Shown here: positions 1 to 10,584 of the stretch, one piece after another
Numbering within the stretch: position 1 is the stretch's first letter
Layout of the letters: each line of letters starts with the position of its first letter
Source of the DNA: an uncultured Christensenella sp.
GTDB lineage: Bacteria > Bacillota > Clostridia > Christensenellales > UBA1242
Length of the DNA stretch: 64,000 nucleotides
Assembly: GCA_949292875.1 (NCBI GenBank)
Contig: CASFBJ010000016.1
Location: 31 to 64,030 of the forward strand
Direction: 5' to 3'
Program-made: the position numbers and the translations under genes
The notes under the pieces: model-generated
What the model saw: the letters and a program-made list of their open reading frames with translations, nothing else
Told to the model about the DNA's origin: nothing
Databases searched by the model: none

Positions 1-101
1 AAAAAAATAGTAGGACCATTTTGTTTTTTAATCGTTAAATCGCTTTATTTATATAGTAATTTTATGGTGGGTATAAAATACCATTAAAAATGAACTCAAT
101 T

Positions 102-146
102 TTGGTAATGTTGAGGTCGGCAGTTCGAATCTGCTCGTTAGCTCCA
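102..146 (+). mobile_element. 3' half of tRNA-Thr(GGT), probable att site (core duplication) of an integrative element
   Basis: TTGGTAA anticodon loop, GAGGTC, T-arm GGCAG-TTCGAAT-CTGCT and GTTAGC-T-CCA end. No 5' acceptor strand (GCTAAC) or D-arm upstream. Confidence 0.75.
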
Positions 147-147
147 A

Positions 148-240
148 ACAATAAAAACCCTTTAAAATAAAGGCATTTAGCCACTTTAAAGGGTTTTTAT
201 TGTAATATAAAACTACCAAAATCTGGTAGTTTTATATTAC
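148..240. terminator. Two adjacent inverted repeats after the tRNA fragment
   Basis: ACAATAAAAACCCTTTAAA...TTTAAAGGGTTTTTATTGT and GTAATATAAAACTACCA-AAATC-TGGTAGTTTTATATTAC. Confidence 0.6.
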
Positions 241-282
241 AAAACAATTAACAAATCAACTTTTCCAATTTTTATTATTTTA

Positions 283-857
283 TTATAGCTCCTTTTCTTC
301 ATCTAGATATGTTATTTTTTCATTGAATCTATAATTTTTTCTTTACAATATTTATAATTTCATAAGTAAAATTTAAAGCAATATTTTTAATTTGTTCATC
401 TATAGTATCTATAGTATATTCTCTTTCCTCGTTATATTATTTATTTGAGATTGAATATCTCTTAATTCACTTACTCTATATTTTTTATTAACCAAAGCTT
501 CTTGACATATTCACTTAATTTCCAAATAAAATCTTTCATTATCTGCACCTTCTTTTATACTTTCAATATCTTCATTATATCCCTTCGCTATAGATTTCAA
601 TTCATTTTTTAAAAATCGTAAATCAATATTATTAGCACTAATTTCTTTTATTGCAAACATTTTTTCATCTATTTTACTAATTAATTTTAGTATTTTTTGA
701 AATATATAATTACTTTCACAAGTTACTTCCAGAATGCATTTCTATAATCTGAACAGACAATTTTTGTTTGTTTTTTATCTGTGCATACTTTATAGTATGC
801 TTGCAACTCTTTAATTAGTTCGTTTATTTGTTCTTTAATCTCTATATAATATATCAT
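283..857 (-). pseudogene. Decayed hypothetical gene with frameshifts and stops
   Basis: AAGGTG RBS then MIYYIEIKEQINELIKELQAYYK...; protein-like segments continue in shifted frames (LEVTCESNYIFQKILKLISKIDEK...; ...RFNEKITYLDEEKEL*). Confidence 0.45.
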
Positions 858-1475
858 AATTTCTAAACACCTTGCATATATATGCTATCAATTTTTTAAT
901 TTTGCCAATATTGGTATTATAATTTATTTATTGTCAATACAAGTCAATACAAAATCTATTATTAATAATTTATTATTTTTATACCGCAAGATAGTATACA
1001 AAATATTTATTCTAAAAAAATGTAGTAGAATATTCTCCACTTCAAATATTTTAGCAATTTAAAATATCACAACATTGTTTGATTATTTATTTTACTAATT
1101 ATACGACTTGTCTTCGGTATAAAGTACAATATTACGTAAAAAATTTTTAAGCTTTGCTTTTTATATTTATTTGACTAGAAAAGTTTCTTTTAAAATATAC
1201 CCATTATTAATCAAAACAACTATGTGATAAATATAACTTTCTTTCATAGCATTTTATGAATAAATTTTGTGTAGACTCAAGTTTAATTTTATCATAAAAA
1301 GTTTCTAAATAGGTTAAACAATCTAGAATTCTTGTGCGATACTTTATTTTATAAAAAAATTCGCCAATATTAATGGCGAAATTTTAAATATCTATTATTT
1401 TTAATTCAAATAATCTTGTTTATTATAGCATTTTAAATTTAATCACTTTAATTGAAATCTAGCGAGTAAACAGTG

Positions 1476-4400
1476 TTATAAACTTTCAGGACTATCTGCA
1501 AATACAAAATAGATTGGGAAATAAACATCTTCAAATACGTTTAAGTACACCATAGCATACTTTGCTCCAGATACTTGCGAAACAGAGCCATCTTCATCTG
1601 TATTCAAATCTAAAGAAATATTGCTTAAGTCAGTTATTGGAGTTATTTTATCTTGTTGAAATAATTTATTTATATAAGGAGTATTTCCAGTTAATTGTAC
1701 TGTGTCTATTTCTCCATTTACCAATTCTCCAAAATAAGCATAAAACTTAGAAAAACCATTTTCTTCTGGTACAACATAGACATTGCCTACAGGTCCATCT
1801 ACTCCATTTTCTAGATACAACCTAGTATCGTTGTAGTAAACTTCAAATATTAAAGATTGAACTTCTTCTACATTAATTATAATCTCTCGTCTGTTTGAAT
1901 TATCTGAAGAAATAATCTCTATCTTATATGTACCTGCATTATTTATATACAAAGTTTTAGAATTAGAATCTTGCTCAATAATCACATTATTAAAATACAC
2001 TTTTACTTCAGCATTTTGATCTTCTGTTATAATATCTATTGAACCAGAAATAATAACACTTTGAATAGTATATTCATTTCCCACAATTAAATCAGTGATA
2101 TTTTTTTCATTAATTTCATCAGAATAAATAAATTCAGCATTTATATTATTTGAAATATCTCCACTGGTGAATAGATAGATTCTATATACTTTTTCCCCAT
2201 CAAGAGTTGAAATTTTATATTCTAAATACGTTAATTGATTGTCTTGTATTATTATTTCTTTTGATAAAATAGATACATCTGATTTACACACAATAGTTAT
2301 ATCATCGCTCTCCACTCTAGTTAAATCATATAAAGATGTACTGTAAGTGTATATGTTTGTATCCACATCATCTATCCGCCATTCATTATTTGAACCATAA
2401 CTGATAGTAATAGATTCAATGTAGTTTGATGGTTCAACTGCAAAGTATTCCACAATCAAATCAAAGGTATATGTTATATCATAACCCACAACAGTGGCAG
2501 TATAAACTGCATTGATTTCATTTTTACCTTCATTTAATTCAATGCTTGACTCATTATTAAATGTTATTGATTGATTCGTGTAATATGATGTATTTTCATA
2601 AGAAGGAGGAGTTAAAGTATTGTTTGTAACTTTTAATACTGGTATATTTGCATCTTTTACGAATTGCATCTCTTTTAATATAAATGGAATTTCATAATTT
2701 ATATATAAACTAGTTGTATAAAACACATCGCCGTTTCTATATACTTTAATGGTATAATTTCCGCTTTGAATAGTTGTAAAATCCTCTATCTCAGTGCCTT
2801 CAGGATTGAAGATTTGATAAGTACAATCTTCATAGCCTGAATTAAAAACTATATTAAAATCGGATATAAATCCATCTATTGATATAAATTGCAAAGGTTG
2901 TGCAATCCCTTCAATACTGTCTGAATATTCATTATTCAAGTTTACGATTTTGATATCTATCATATCAATTGGCGTAAATTCTGCAAAATTAATAGTCAAA
3001 ACTCCATAATAACCACTTTCGCCTGTTTTAAGTGAAACGTGAAAATATGTTCCAATATCATCTATAGACAAGTTTAATACACTTTGATTCAATTCATTTA
3101 AAGATTCATTAACTTCAGTAGAATAATACAACCCAAACTTTGATATTGTTTGTTCATCAAATTCTAGAATAAATGAACTCTCATTTTCTTTTTTTTCATA
3201 AACAAAATAATTATCGTCTACACTAAAATTTTGATTATTTATTTTTACATTATCAAACATTTTAACACTAAAATTTAGATTTATAGTAGACATTAGAACA
3301 TTATCTTGAATAATTATTTGTAAATTATCATTCATATTATTAAATAAAAAGCTATAACTATTTGCGGTTATTTCTACATTCTCCTGATAATTTACATTTA
3401 CATAAATGGTATAACTTTCACTAAATGCAGGATTAATATCAAATGACAGTTCACTACCATATAATGCTCTTTTTTGAGGATCTAAACAAAAATCTTCATA
3501 GCTAACACTATTACCATTAAACTTTATATTTGTTAAAATGTCTTCACATACTTTCAAAGTTAAGTCAATAGAATTTGCATATACATTTATGTAATCTATA
3601 CTTTCAGCAAGTTGATAATTTAGCCTTATATTCATACTTTGACCAATTGAAAGAATAGTATTCTCAGGCAATTCTACATATAAACCATCACTATTTTCGT
3701 ATAATATAGACCAAGAGCCAAAGTCACTTGTCAAATTAGAAAATAAACTTAAAACATTGTCAGTAGCATATACCATAACATCTTTTGGTTGATAACTACT
3801 AAAATATTCATAATCTATTTGTTCATTTTCATTAGCAACACTATTTATAATTGCCCAATGTGTACCAGCATAATCAGTTACTTGATTTGCATTTAGTATA
3901 TATTTATTTGTCAATATAGCATAATCAGTTACAATGTCTTCATAATCAGCACTTGTCTCTATTTCTAAACGACAACATAGATAATAACTTTCCGCATCTT
4001 CAAAACTAAATTTTGTATTAATAATTATCTTATAATAATCTTGGTCACTTTCATAATCCGTAATAGTATAAGTGATATCACTTATTGAAACATTAGACAT
4101 AGCAGATTGATAACTATCTATTCTAATTAATGAAACTTTTTCTTCTGTCAATGTAGCATTAAAATATGCTTTTGGAACAATACAAACAATTTCACCATAG
4201 CCGTTTTCATCTACAGTTAAGTTATCAGTAATAAAATATCCACCCTCATTTACTGAATTTTGATTTATATTTATATTTAAAGTCAAATGACTTGTCCCGT
4301 ATTGTTCACCCAAATATCCCCAATTATAATTAACATTATCTTTTAACCTAAATTGAAGTTTATATGTACCAATAGCATTTTGTTCAATCTCTACTTTTAC

Positions 4401-5789
4401 ATCATAACAATCTTCGCTTCCATTTTTATATAAGACAACTCTAATAGGACCGTCATAATCGTTATTTATAAATAATGAATTGTCTTCATAATAAATATTA
4501 ACTTTTTTATCATTATTTGCATCTGTTACATCATACAATTCTACAACATTAAAATATTTCTCAAAATATGATAGAGTATCGGTAAAATCTTGTATGTATA
4601 AATCTTCAAGTATTTTTATTTCTGCAATAGATTGTTTTTCAAATGATATAGTATTTTCAGTAAGAAACTCTTGACTAGGTTTTGCAAAAATAGGATACTT
4701 TACATTTCCTTTTTGCAAATTAATTTCAACCATTTCGCCCAATGCTTCACCAATAAGGTTAAAATTGTTTTCGTCATATATACTAGACAACTTAAAATTT
4801 ACTTTTTTCTCTATTGGAGATTGCGAACAATTAATTGTTTCACTTGGATTTTCCCAATTGCCAATATTCAAAGATACTAGGTAATCTGGAAAATTTTGAT
4901 TAAATGCATAAATATTTGTACCCATTAAGACAGGTGTTATTGCGCTTAAAGGAACATTATTAACAAATTCTCCATTAAAAGTATATTCAGCATTAATCGT
5001 ATAAGATGAACTTGAATCATTTAATATTGAATCAAGATTTGTCTTCGTTACAGTTATAGGATAAGGTTTTGAAAGCTGTGCATGATAATTATTTGTAAAT
5101 GGCACAAAGGCAATAAGATACCAATTTCCAGCCGGTATCTTCTTAGATATTTCAGTAGCAACAATATGATTATCTTGCAATTCACTAGGTATGTTATAAG
5201 CATCATTAAAAGCTTCAGGATTTTCACTTAAAATGTTTTGATAAACATCTCTATCTATGTAATAAAAATTTACTACACTATCTAAACCAGTATAATTTTG
5301 CACAACTACATTCTCTGATAAATATGGCATATTAAGGTAATCCCAAGTGCTATTTTCCATATGCAAAGTATAGTTAGCATCATCGCTAGCTTCTATATGA
5401 AATGATACTTCTGCATAAATGGTACTATTATCATAAGTATAGAGAACAACATAATTACCACAATCTAAAATTGAAGGAAATGATTCAATCGTCTCATCAT
5501 TAAACTTAATAGTGTACTTTACACTATCTGCACTAGTTTTAACTTCAATTTTTGAATCGTCAGTATACTCTATTTCAAGCGACAATTTGTCTAACTCTTG
5601 TAGTGCTGGTTGTACAGGATTCGTAGTATATTCAAATCCACCTAAATTACGACTAATTTCAACACTATCACCAATTTTTGTATAAATGTTTCTAATTTGC
5701 TTTTCTCCACATGAACAAGCACTTAAATAAATTGCACATGGTACAATCATCATGATAGCTAAAACTAAACAAAAAAACTTATTTTTCAT
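1476..5789 (-). CDS. Large acidic beta-rich surface lipoprotein, probably with Ig/cadherin-like modules
   Basis: 1437-aa ORF, GGAGG RBS, signal peptide with lipobox-like LSAC, rich in N/Y/I/E/D, beta-sandwich-like C-terminal segments. Confidence 0.7.
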   Translation of the reverse strand: MKNKFFCLVLAIMMIVPCAIYLSACSCGEKQIRNIYTKIGDSVEISRNLGGFEYTTNPVQPALQELDKLSLEIEYTDDSKIEVKTSADSVKYTIKFNDETIESFPSILDCGNYVVLYTYDNSTIYAEVSFHIEASDDANYTLHMENSTWDYLNMPYLSENVVVQNYTGLDSVVNFYYIDRDVYQNILSENPEAFNDAYNIPSELQDNHIVATEISKKIPAGNWYLIAFVPFTNNYHAQLSKPYPITVTKTNLDSILNDSSSSYTINAEYTFNGEFVNNVPLSAITPVLMGTNIYAFNQNFPDYLVSLNIGNWENPSETINCSQSPIEKKVNFKLSSIYDENNFNLIGEALGEMVEINLQKGNVKYPIFAKPSQEFLTENTISFEKQSIAEIKILEDLYIQDFTDTLSYFEKYFNVVELYDVTDANNDKKVNIYYEDNSLFINNDYDGPIRVVLYKNGSEDCYDVKVEIEQNAIGTYKLQFRLKDNVNYNWGYLGEQYGTSHLTLNININQNSVNEGGYFITDNLTVDENGYGEIVCIVPKAYFNATLTEEKVSLIRIDSYQSAMSNVSISDITYTITDYESDQDYYKIIINTKFSFEDAESYYLCCRLEIETSADYEDIVTDYAILTNKYILNANQVTDYAGTHWAIINSVANENEQIDYEYFSSYQPKDVMVYATDNVLSLFSNLTSDFGSWSILYENSDGLYVELPENTILSIGQSMNIRLNYQLAESIDYINVYANSIDLTLKVCEDILTNIKFNGNSVSYEDFCLDPQKRALYGSELSFDINPAFSESYTIYVNVNYQENVEITANSYSFLFNNMNDNLQIIIQDNVLMSTINLNFSVKMFDNVKINNQNFSVDDNYFVYEKKENESSFILEFDEQTISKFGLYYSTEVNESLNELNQSVLNLSIDDIGTYFHVSLKTGESGYYGVLTINFAEFTPIDMIDIKIVNLNNEYSDSIEGIAQPLQFISIDGFISDFNIVFNSGYEDCTYQIFNPEGTEIEDFTTIQSGNYTIKVYRNGDVFYTTSLYINYEIPFILKEMQFVKDANIPVLKVTNNTLTPPSYENTSYYTNQSITFNNESSIELNEGKNEINAVYTATVVGYDITYTFDLIVEYFAVEPSNYIESITISYGSNNEWRIDDVDTNIYTYSTSLYDLTRVESDDITIVCKSDVSILSKEIIIQDNQLTYLEYKISTLDGEKVYRIYLFTSGDISNNINAEFIYSDEINEKNITDLIVGNEYTIQSVIISGSIDIITEDQNAEVKVYFNNVIIEQDSNSKTLYINNAGTYKIEIISSDNSNRREIIINVEEVQSLIFEVYYNDTRLYLENGVDGPVGNVYVVPEENGFSKFYAYFGELVNGEIDTVQLTGNTPYINKLFQQDKITPITDLSNISLDLNTDEDGSVSQVSGAKYAMVYLNVFEDVYFPIYFVFADSPESL

Positions 5790-6006
5790 TATTTGCCTCC
5801 TTGTGTTATACGCAAGTAAGTGTGATAATTGAAATCTTAAAAATTTTTATGTATAACTAAAAATAGTATACACAAATACATAAAATAAATCAAATATTTC
5901 TTATAAATAATAAAAAATTGAACTATTTTTCATAAAAAATTTTCATAAAATATATTTATGCCAAATGTATTAGTTTATTTCTTTTAAATAATAAACTTGA
6001 ATTTAA

Positions 6007-6034
6007 TTGACAACAATATAATTTCATATATAAT
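6007..6034 (+). promoter_or_regulatory. sigmaA promoter
   Basis: TTGACA-16 nt-TATAAT upstream of GAGG RBS and ATG 6051. Confidence 0.65.
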
Positions 6035-6050
6035 ACTTTTTGAGGTAAAA

Positions 6051-6764
6051 ATGAAAGATATAGAATTTTTAAAAAATGTAGTTTTAGAAGCAAGTAAATT
6101 GATAAATGAAAATAAAATAGTAAAAAATAAAGGTGAATATGGCGATTTAGTAACCAACTTTGATTATGAAATAGAAAATTTTATAATCAATAAAATAAAA
6201 GAAAACTATCCAGAATTTGATATAGTTAGCGAAGAATTTAATTCAAATAAAGAATTGACAAAAAATTGCTTTACCATAGACCCAATAGATGGTACTGTGA
6301 ACTTTGCACACAACTTACCTATTTGGGCAATACAAATAGCTTGCATAAGAAAAAGTAAAACTTGTGCAGCAGTCATTTATTTCCCAATGTTTAATCAAAT
6401 GTTTTGGGCAGATGAAAGCGGTTCTTATCTTAATGACAAAAAAATACATGTAAATAATAAATCAAAAGAAAAATGCTTGTACACAGTTGAAGGTAATGCG
6501 CGTATGAAGTATATTATGGAAATGTGCAAATATAACCCAAATTATAGAATTTTTGCTTGCGCAGCTTTGAATTTCGCTTATGTAGCTTGTGGAATTCTTG
6601 GAGGAACAATTTTTATTCATGATACATTATGGGATTATACTCCTGGACAATATTTAGTTAAACAAGCAGGCGGATGTATTTATAACGAAAAAGGGTGCCA
6701 TATAGCAACCAATAACAAAGATTTGGCAATGTTATTTAAAAATATAGTCAAAAACACTAAATAA
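6051..6764 (+). CDS. Inositol monophosphatase (SuhB) family protein
   Basis: DLVTNFD, SEE, IDPIDGTVNF, LWD motifs; start moved to ATG 6051 behind the RBS. Confidence 0.9.
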   Translation: MKDIEFLKNVVLEASKLINENKIVKNKGEYGDLVTNFDYEIENFIINKIKENYPEFDIVSEEFNSNKELTKNCFTIDPIDGTVNFAHNLPIWAIQIACIRKSKTCAAVIYFPMFNQMFWADESGSYLNDKKIHVNNKSKEKCLYTVEGNARMKYIMEMCKYNPNYRIFACAALNFAYVACGILGGTIFIHDTLWDYTPGQYLVKQAGGCIYNEKGCHIATNNKDLAMLFKNIVKNTK

Positions 6765-6819
6765 GATAATAAAGCAATCAATTTTATCATTTTAAAGTAG
6801 AAACTTATGCCTAAAGTTT

Positions 6820-7617
6820 CTACTTTTTTAATAATCTCTTTATAATCTTCAATTGCAATTTATCCGGTAAGGCATTTAACATTTTAAGATAAATATTTGC
6901 ATTTACACTATAAACAAGTTTTGGTTTTTTAGCTATTAATATCTTTTCTACAAGTTTAGCTACTTTTTCAGATTCTATAGTCTTTGCCTCAACGGAATTT
7001 ACTATATTTTTAAATTTTTCAGTATTGTATCTATACAACTGCGTTTTTTCACACATTTGATTAAGAGCTTTCGTAGAGGCAGATATCATATTTGTCTTCA
7101 CTGCACCAGGACGCAAAATGCAAACTTTAATTCCTAATAAATTTAATTCCATACGCAATGAAAATGCATATTTTTCTATTGTAGATTTTGTTATAGCATA
7201 TAAACCAGTAAAAGGCAATGGATCTAACGGTGCAAGTTCACTTGATGTTATAACTATTCTTCCTTTTTTATTTAAAAGTAAAGGTAAAAAAATTTTATTA
7301 ATGCGATACACTCCATTTACATTTATATCAAAAATCTTTTTAAAATTTTCTTCTTCTATTTCTATCAAAGAATCCATCACATAGATGCCAGCAAAGTGTA
7401 TAATTGCATCTAAACCATTTGTAATTTTACATATTTCTTCATACACTTTCTTTATTTCATCCATGTTCGTAACATCAACTTTAAAAGGGATAATATTTTT
7501 GTATTGCTGCTGTTCTGCCACATCTAAAGCAAATACTGTATAGCCATTATCTGCTAAATAATGAGCAGTAGACATTCCCATTCCATTTCCTGCTCCAGTT
7601 ATCAAAATGTATTTCAT
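6820..7617 (-). CDS. Short-chain dehydrogenase/reductase
   Basis: TGAGNGMG Rossmann motif, YAITK catalytic motif, PGAVKT. Confidence 0.9.
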   Translation of the reverse strand: MKYILITGAGNGMGMSTAHYLADNGYTVFALDVAEQQQYKNIIPFKVDVTNMDEIKKVYEEICKITNGLDAIIHFAGIYVMDSLIEIEEENFKKIFDINVNGVYRINKIFLPLLLNKKGRIVITSSELAPLDPLPFTGLYAITKSTIEKYAFSLRMELNLLGIKVCILRPGAVKTNMISASTKALNQMCEKTQLYRYNTEKFKNIVNSVEAKTIESEKVAKLVEKILIAKKPKLVYSVNANIYLKMLNALPDKLQLKIIKRLLKK

Positions 7618-7973
7618 AGTATTATTTTAGCATAGTAATAAAACTTTTTTCTACTAATTAAGTAAAAAATATTTCTATTTGTAAAAATTAAATCACAAAT
7701 ATTTTTTAATAAACTTTTGAGAGCAAAAACTATTTTTTTAATAATTTTTAGAACTAAAACAATCACTAATAAACAAACAATTTAATTAGAATAAAATAAA
7801 CATGTACCCTCGCTTTTTTATTCACAAAAAAACTTAAATACTTTAGATTATAAAACTACTTAAATCTTTTACTAAAACAAATTTATACTAAATTATTATG
7901 ATTATAATAATCATAAATTCAACAACAATTTTTACTAATTTACACATTTTATTTTAAAAAAACTAACCACATT

Positions 7974-8813
7974 TTACATAGTTAGTTCTTTTTCTGTTAC
8001 TAACATCCTATTTTTAGCAAATCTAACCGTTTGATTATTTTTCCCAAAAAAATCTTCTAATATTTCTATTTCATCTTCTGTAAATTTATTAACATTTGAA
8101 TATAATACTGAACCCATAGTAGGATTTGTTGCATAATTCTCTCGTCCATCAGGCGTAAAAACAGGCCTATCACCATAAACTCTATCAAGCATATAATCTA
8201 ACACTATACCCTTGTTTACTACACGCAAAACGTCCATAGCCAAAAGAATATGCACTCTATCTTTCATTTTTTCTTCTTCGCTAAGTTTTTCATAAGGCAC
8301 CATTAAAGACTCATCTATCCATGCATCTGGGTTTTCTTTCCTTTCCTGTTCTCTTCTTTCTACCCACATATTATGAACTTTTTCTGCATATTTTTCCACT
8401 TTTACTTCATCAAAATTTTTACAATCACTTTTTTTTGATTTTAAACCATTAAATTTAACACCAAAAAGTTCCTCAAATAATGCGATATAATTAAGCCCCC
8501 AGTATACTTTATCTAATCCTAAGATCTTCTCTACTGCAACTCCAGCTTCAATATTTTCTTGTTTCCATTTATTTGAAAGTTCTTCATAAGGCATATTTAA
8601 TATATCTATCTTAACTTGTCCATCTTCCACTTTAACATATTCAGGCTTTTTACCACTAGATATAAGTTCTAGCATTTTTTTGTCATATTCATCATCGCCT
8701 GTATCCTTCCAAACTTGCGCAAAGGGCTTATTAGTTTTTGGGTCTATCTGCTTTCTTTTATTCATAGCCCATGTTTCATGAAATTTTTTAGCAAAAATAT
8801 TACTTAATGACAT
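7974..8813 (-). CDS. Hypothetical protein with two RyR (ryanodine-receptor repeat)-like units
   Basis: AKKFHETW...MPYEELSNKWKQEN and AEKVHNMW...LMVPYEKLSEEEKMKDR match the RyR pattern HxxW...VPYxxLxExEKxxDR; TTGACA-17-TATAGT promoter. Confidence 0.7.
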   Translation of the reverse strand: MSLSNIFAKKFHETWAMNKRKQIDPKTNKPFAQVWKDTGDDEYDKKMLELISSGKKPEYVKVEDGQVKIDILNMPYEELSNKWKQENIEAGVAVEKILGLDKVYWGLNYIALFEELFGVKFNGLKSKKSDCKNFDEVKVEKYAEKVHNMWVERREQERKENPDAWIDESLMVPYEKLSEEEKMKDRVHILLAMDVLRVVNKGIVLDYMLDRVYGDRPVFTPDGRENYATNPTMGSVLYSNVNKFTEDEIEILEDFFGKNNQTVRFAKNRMLVTEKELTM

Positions 8814-8887
8814 AATACACCTCTTTTTATTTTTTCATTTTAACTATACTACATAGTTATATAATTGTCAACACCTGTAAAAAACTT

Positions 8888-9772
8888 TTAATCAACTTCA
8901 ATTAGCTCATACATTGTAGTTCCTATTCCCAACTTTTCTGCACACTCAATTGTAAAAACACCATTTCTACTTTCAACTCTTTCTATAAAATGTTTTTTAC
9001 CTTCATCTTTTGAAGAATATACTAAGTCAAGGCAGGCTTTATCTAACGCAACAGGGTCTAAAGATGCCAAAATTCCAACATCTTGCAAACATGGATTTTC
9101 CGCAACAGCACAGCAATCACAATCTACAGACATATTTGCCATGATATTTATAAAAACAATGTTATTTTTAAAATAATTTGTTATTGTACTTGCCGACTCA
9201 GCCATTGCTTGTAAAAAATCATTTTGCCTTGCAAGATTATCCCATAATATATTTTGGTCTTTAGTCACACCACCTGAGTGTATCCAACTTTTACCCCTTG
9301 ATGATGCACAACCTATAGACAACTGTTTTAATGCTCCGCCAAAACCACCCATAGGATGCCCTTTAAAATGAGACAAGACAAGCATACTGTCATACTTTTG
9401 CAAATGATTACCTACAAAATTTTCTTGTATAATTTTACCTTTAGGTATAGGTAAGCAAATATCTTCGTCACAATCATCCATTATGTCAACATTAAAATAT
9501 TTGGTCCACCCATGCTTAACAATAAGCTTTTTATGTTTCTCAGTTTCATTTCTTTGTCCACTATATGCGGTATTGCACTCTACTACAGTTCCTTGAACAA
9601 AATCTATAATGCTCTTAAAAAACTCTGGCTTAATAAAGTTTTGATTTCCTTTTTCTCCTGTATGCAATTTTACAGCAACATTTCCTGGAAGCTTTTTTCC
9701 TAAAATTTCATATAATCTCACAAAAACATTAGAATTAATGCTTTTACTAAAATATACTTTTGATTTTTTCAT
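8888..9772 (-). CDS. DUF362 family putative Fe-S protein
   Basis: VAVKLHTGE, ECNTAY, HFKGH-GFGGALK, SVDCDC, DPVALDKAC motifs. Confidence 0.85.
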   Translation of the reverse strand: MKKSKVYFSKSINSNVFVRLYEILGKKLPGNVAVKLHTGEKGNQNFIKPEFFKSIIDFVQGTVVECNTAYSGQRNETEKHKKLIVKHGWTKYFNVDIMDDCDEDICLPIPKGKIIQENFVGNHLQKYDSMLVLSHFKGHPMGGFGGALKQLSIGCASSRGKSWIHSGGVTKDQNILWDNLARQNDFLQAMAESASTITNYFKNNIVFINIMANMSVDCDCCAVAENPCLQDVGILASLDPVALDKACLDLVYSSKDEGKKHFIERVESRNGVFTIECAEKLGIGTTMYELIEVD

Positions 9773-9838
9773 ATTTACTCCTTATTTTATTTTTTTATTG
9801 TAATTTAAAATTAAAATATATATAAATCTTTTAAAACA

Positions 9839-10141
9839 TTAATTTTCAATGTTTAACAGGTATTTTTTATTAAATCCACCATTTCGCATTAATTTTTCAT
9901 TTCTTATAATTTCAAACTGAGCTAAAGAAACTTTCTTGTTTTTAAGTATTGCATAAATAACTTCTATTATATCTGCAAGTTCTTCTATTTCCTTACTTTG
10001 CATATATTCATTTACTTCTTCTATTAACTTTTGATTTAAAGCTTCTTTGTATTCATCATCATTTAATATTTCTATCTTGCATTTACCACCATTACTTTTA
10101 ATTATATCAGGTATATTATCTCTTACAAGTTTACTACTCAA
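9839..10141 (-). CDS. MazG/HisE-like NTP pyrophosphohydrolase
   Basis: KLVRDNIP, KLIEEVNEY, EELADIIEVI, K..RNGGF motifs; TTG start with GGAG RBS. Confidence 0.85.
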   Translation of the reverse strand: MSSKLVRDNIPDIIKSNGGKCKIEILNDDEYKEALNQKLIEEVNEYMQSKEIEELADIIEVIYAILKNKKVSLAQFEIIRNEKLMRNGGFNKKYLLNIEN

Positions 10142-10233
10142 TTATTATACTCCTTCACCTAGTACTTAAATACATATTAACACGATATAAAACATTTATC
10201 AAATATAAAAAGGCAATATTAATAATGATTTTA

Positions 10234-10548
10234 TTAACATTGCCCTTTATTTCTTTTTAGTTCTTTACTTCGTTGCATATCTCTTTCTTCTTTTAACTTT
10301 CTACTCTCTTCTGTTCTATCTAAATATTTTTGTAAATCTGCATTAAATCCAGGGAAGTATTTTTCTAAAGTTTGTAATTTAAATTCTAGTTCATTATCTT
10401 CCCATTTAGGTTTCAAATCCCCTGTTACATGTTTACGACATCTAGTTAAAAACTTTGTTTGGTCAGAACATTGCCCTAATCTTTGATAAGCCATACAGCT
10501 TACAACAAAATTTTTACTATTAAAATATTTTTTAGTTATATTTGCCAT
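10234..10548 (-). CDS. Hypothetical protein
   Basis: 104-aa ORF just downstream of alaS; no recognised motif. Confidence 0.55.
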   Translation of the reverse strand: MANITKKYFNSKNFVVSCMAYQRLGQCSDQTKFLTRCRKHVTGDLKPKWEDNELEFKLQTLEKYFPGFNADLQKYLDRTEESRKLKEERDMQRSKELKRNKGQC

Positions 10549-10584
10549 TTATCTTTTCACTCTTTTAATATTATTATATCTTTT

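Noticed and set aside
60-146. Complete or intron-split tRNA-Thr
   Set aside because: No 5' acceptor strand or D-arm, and no intron-like structure upstream; an att duplication is the simpler explanation.
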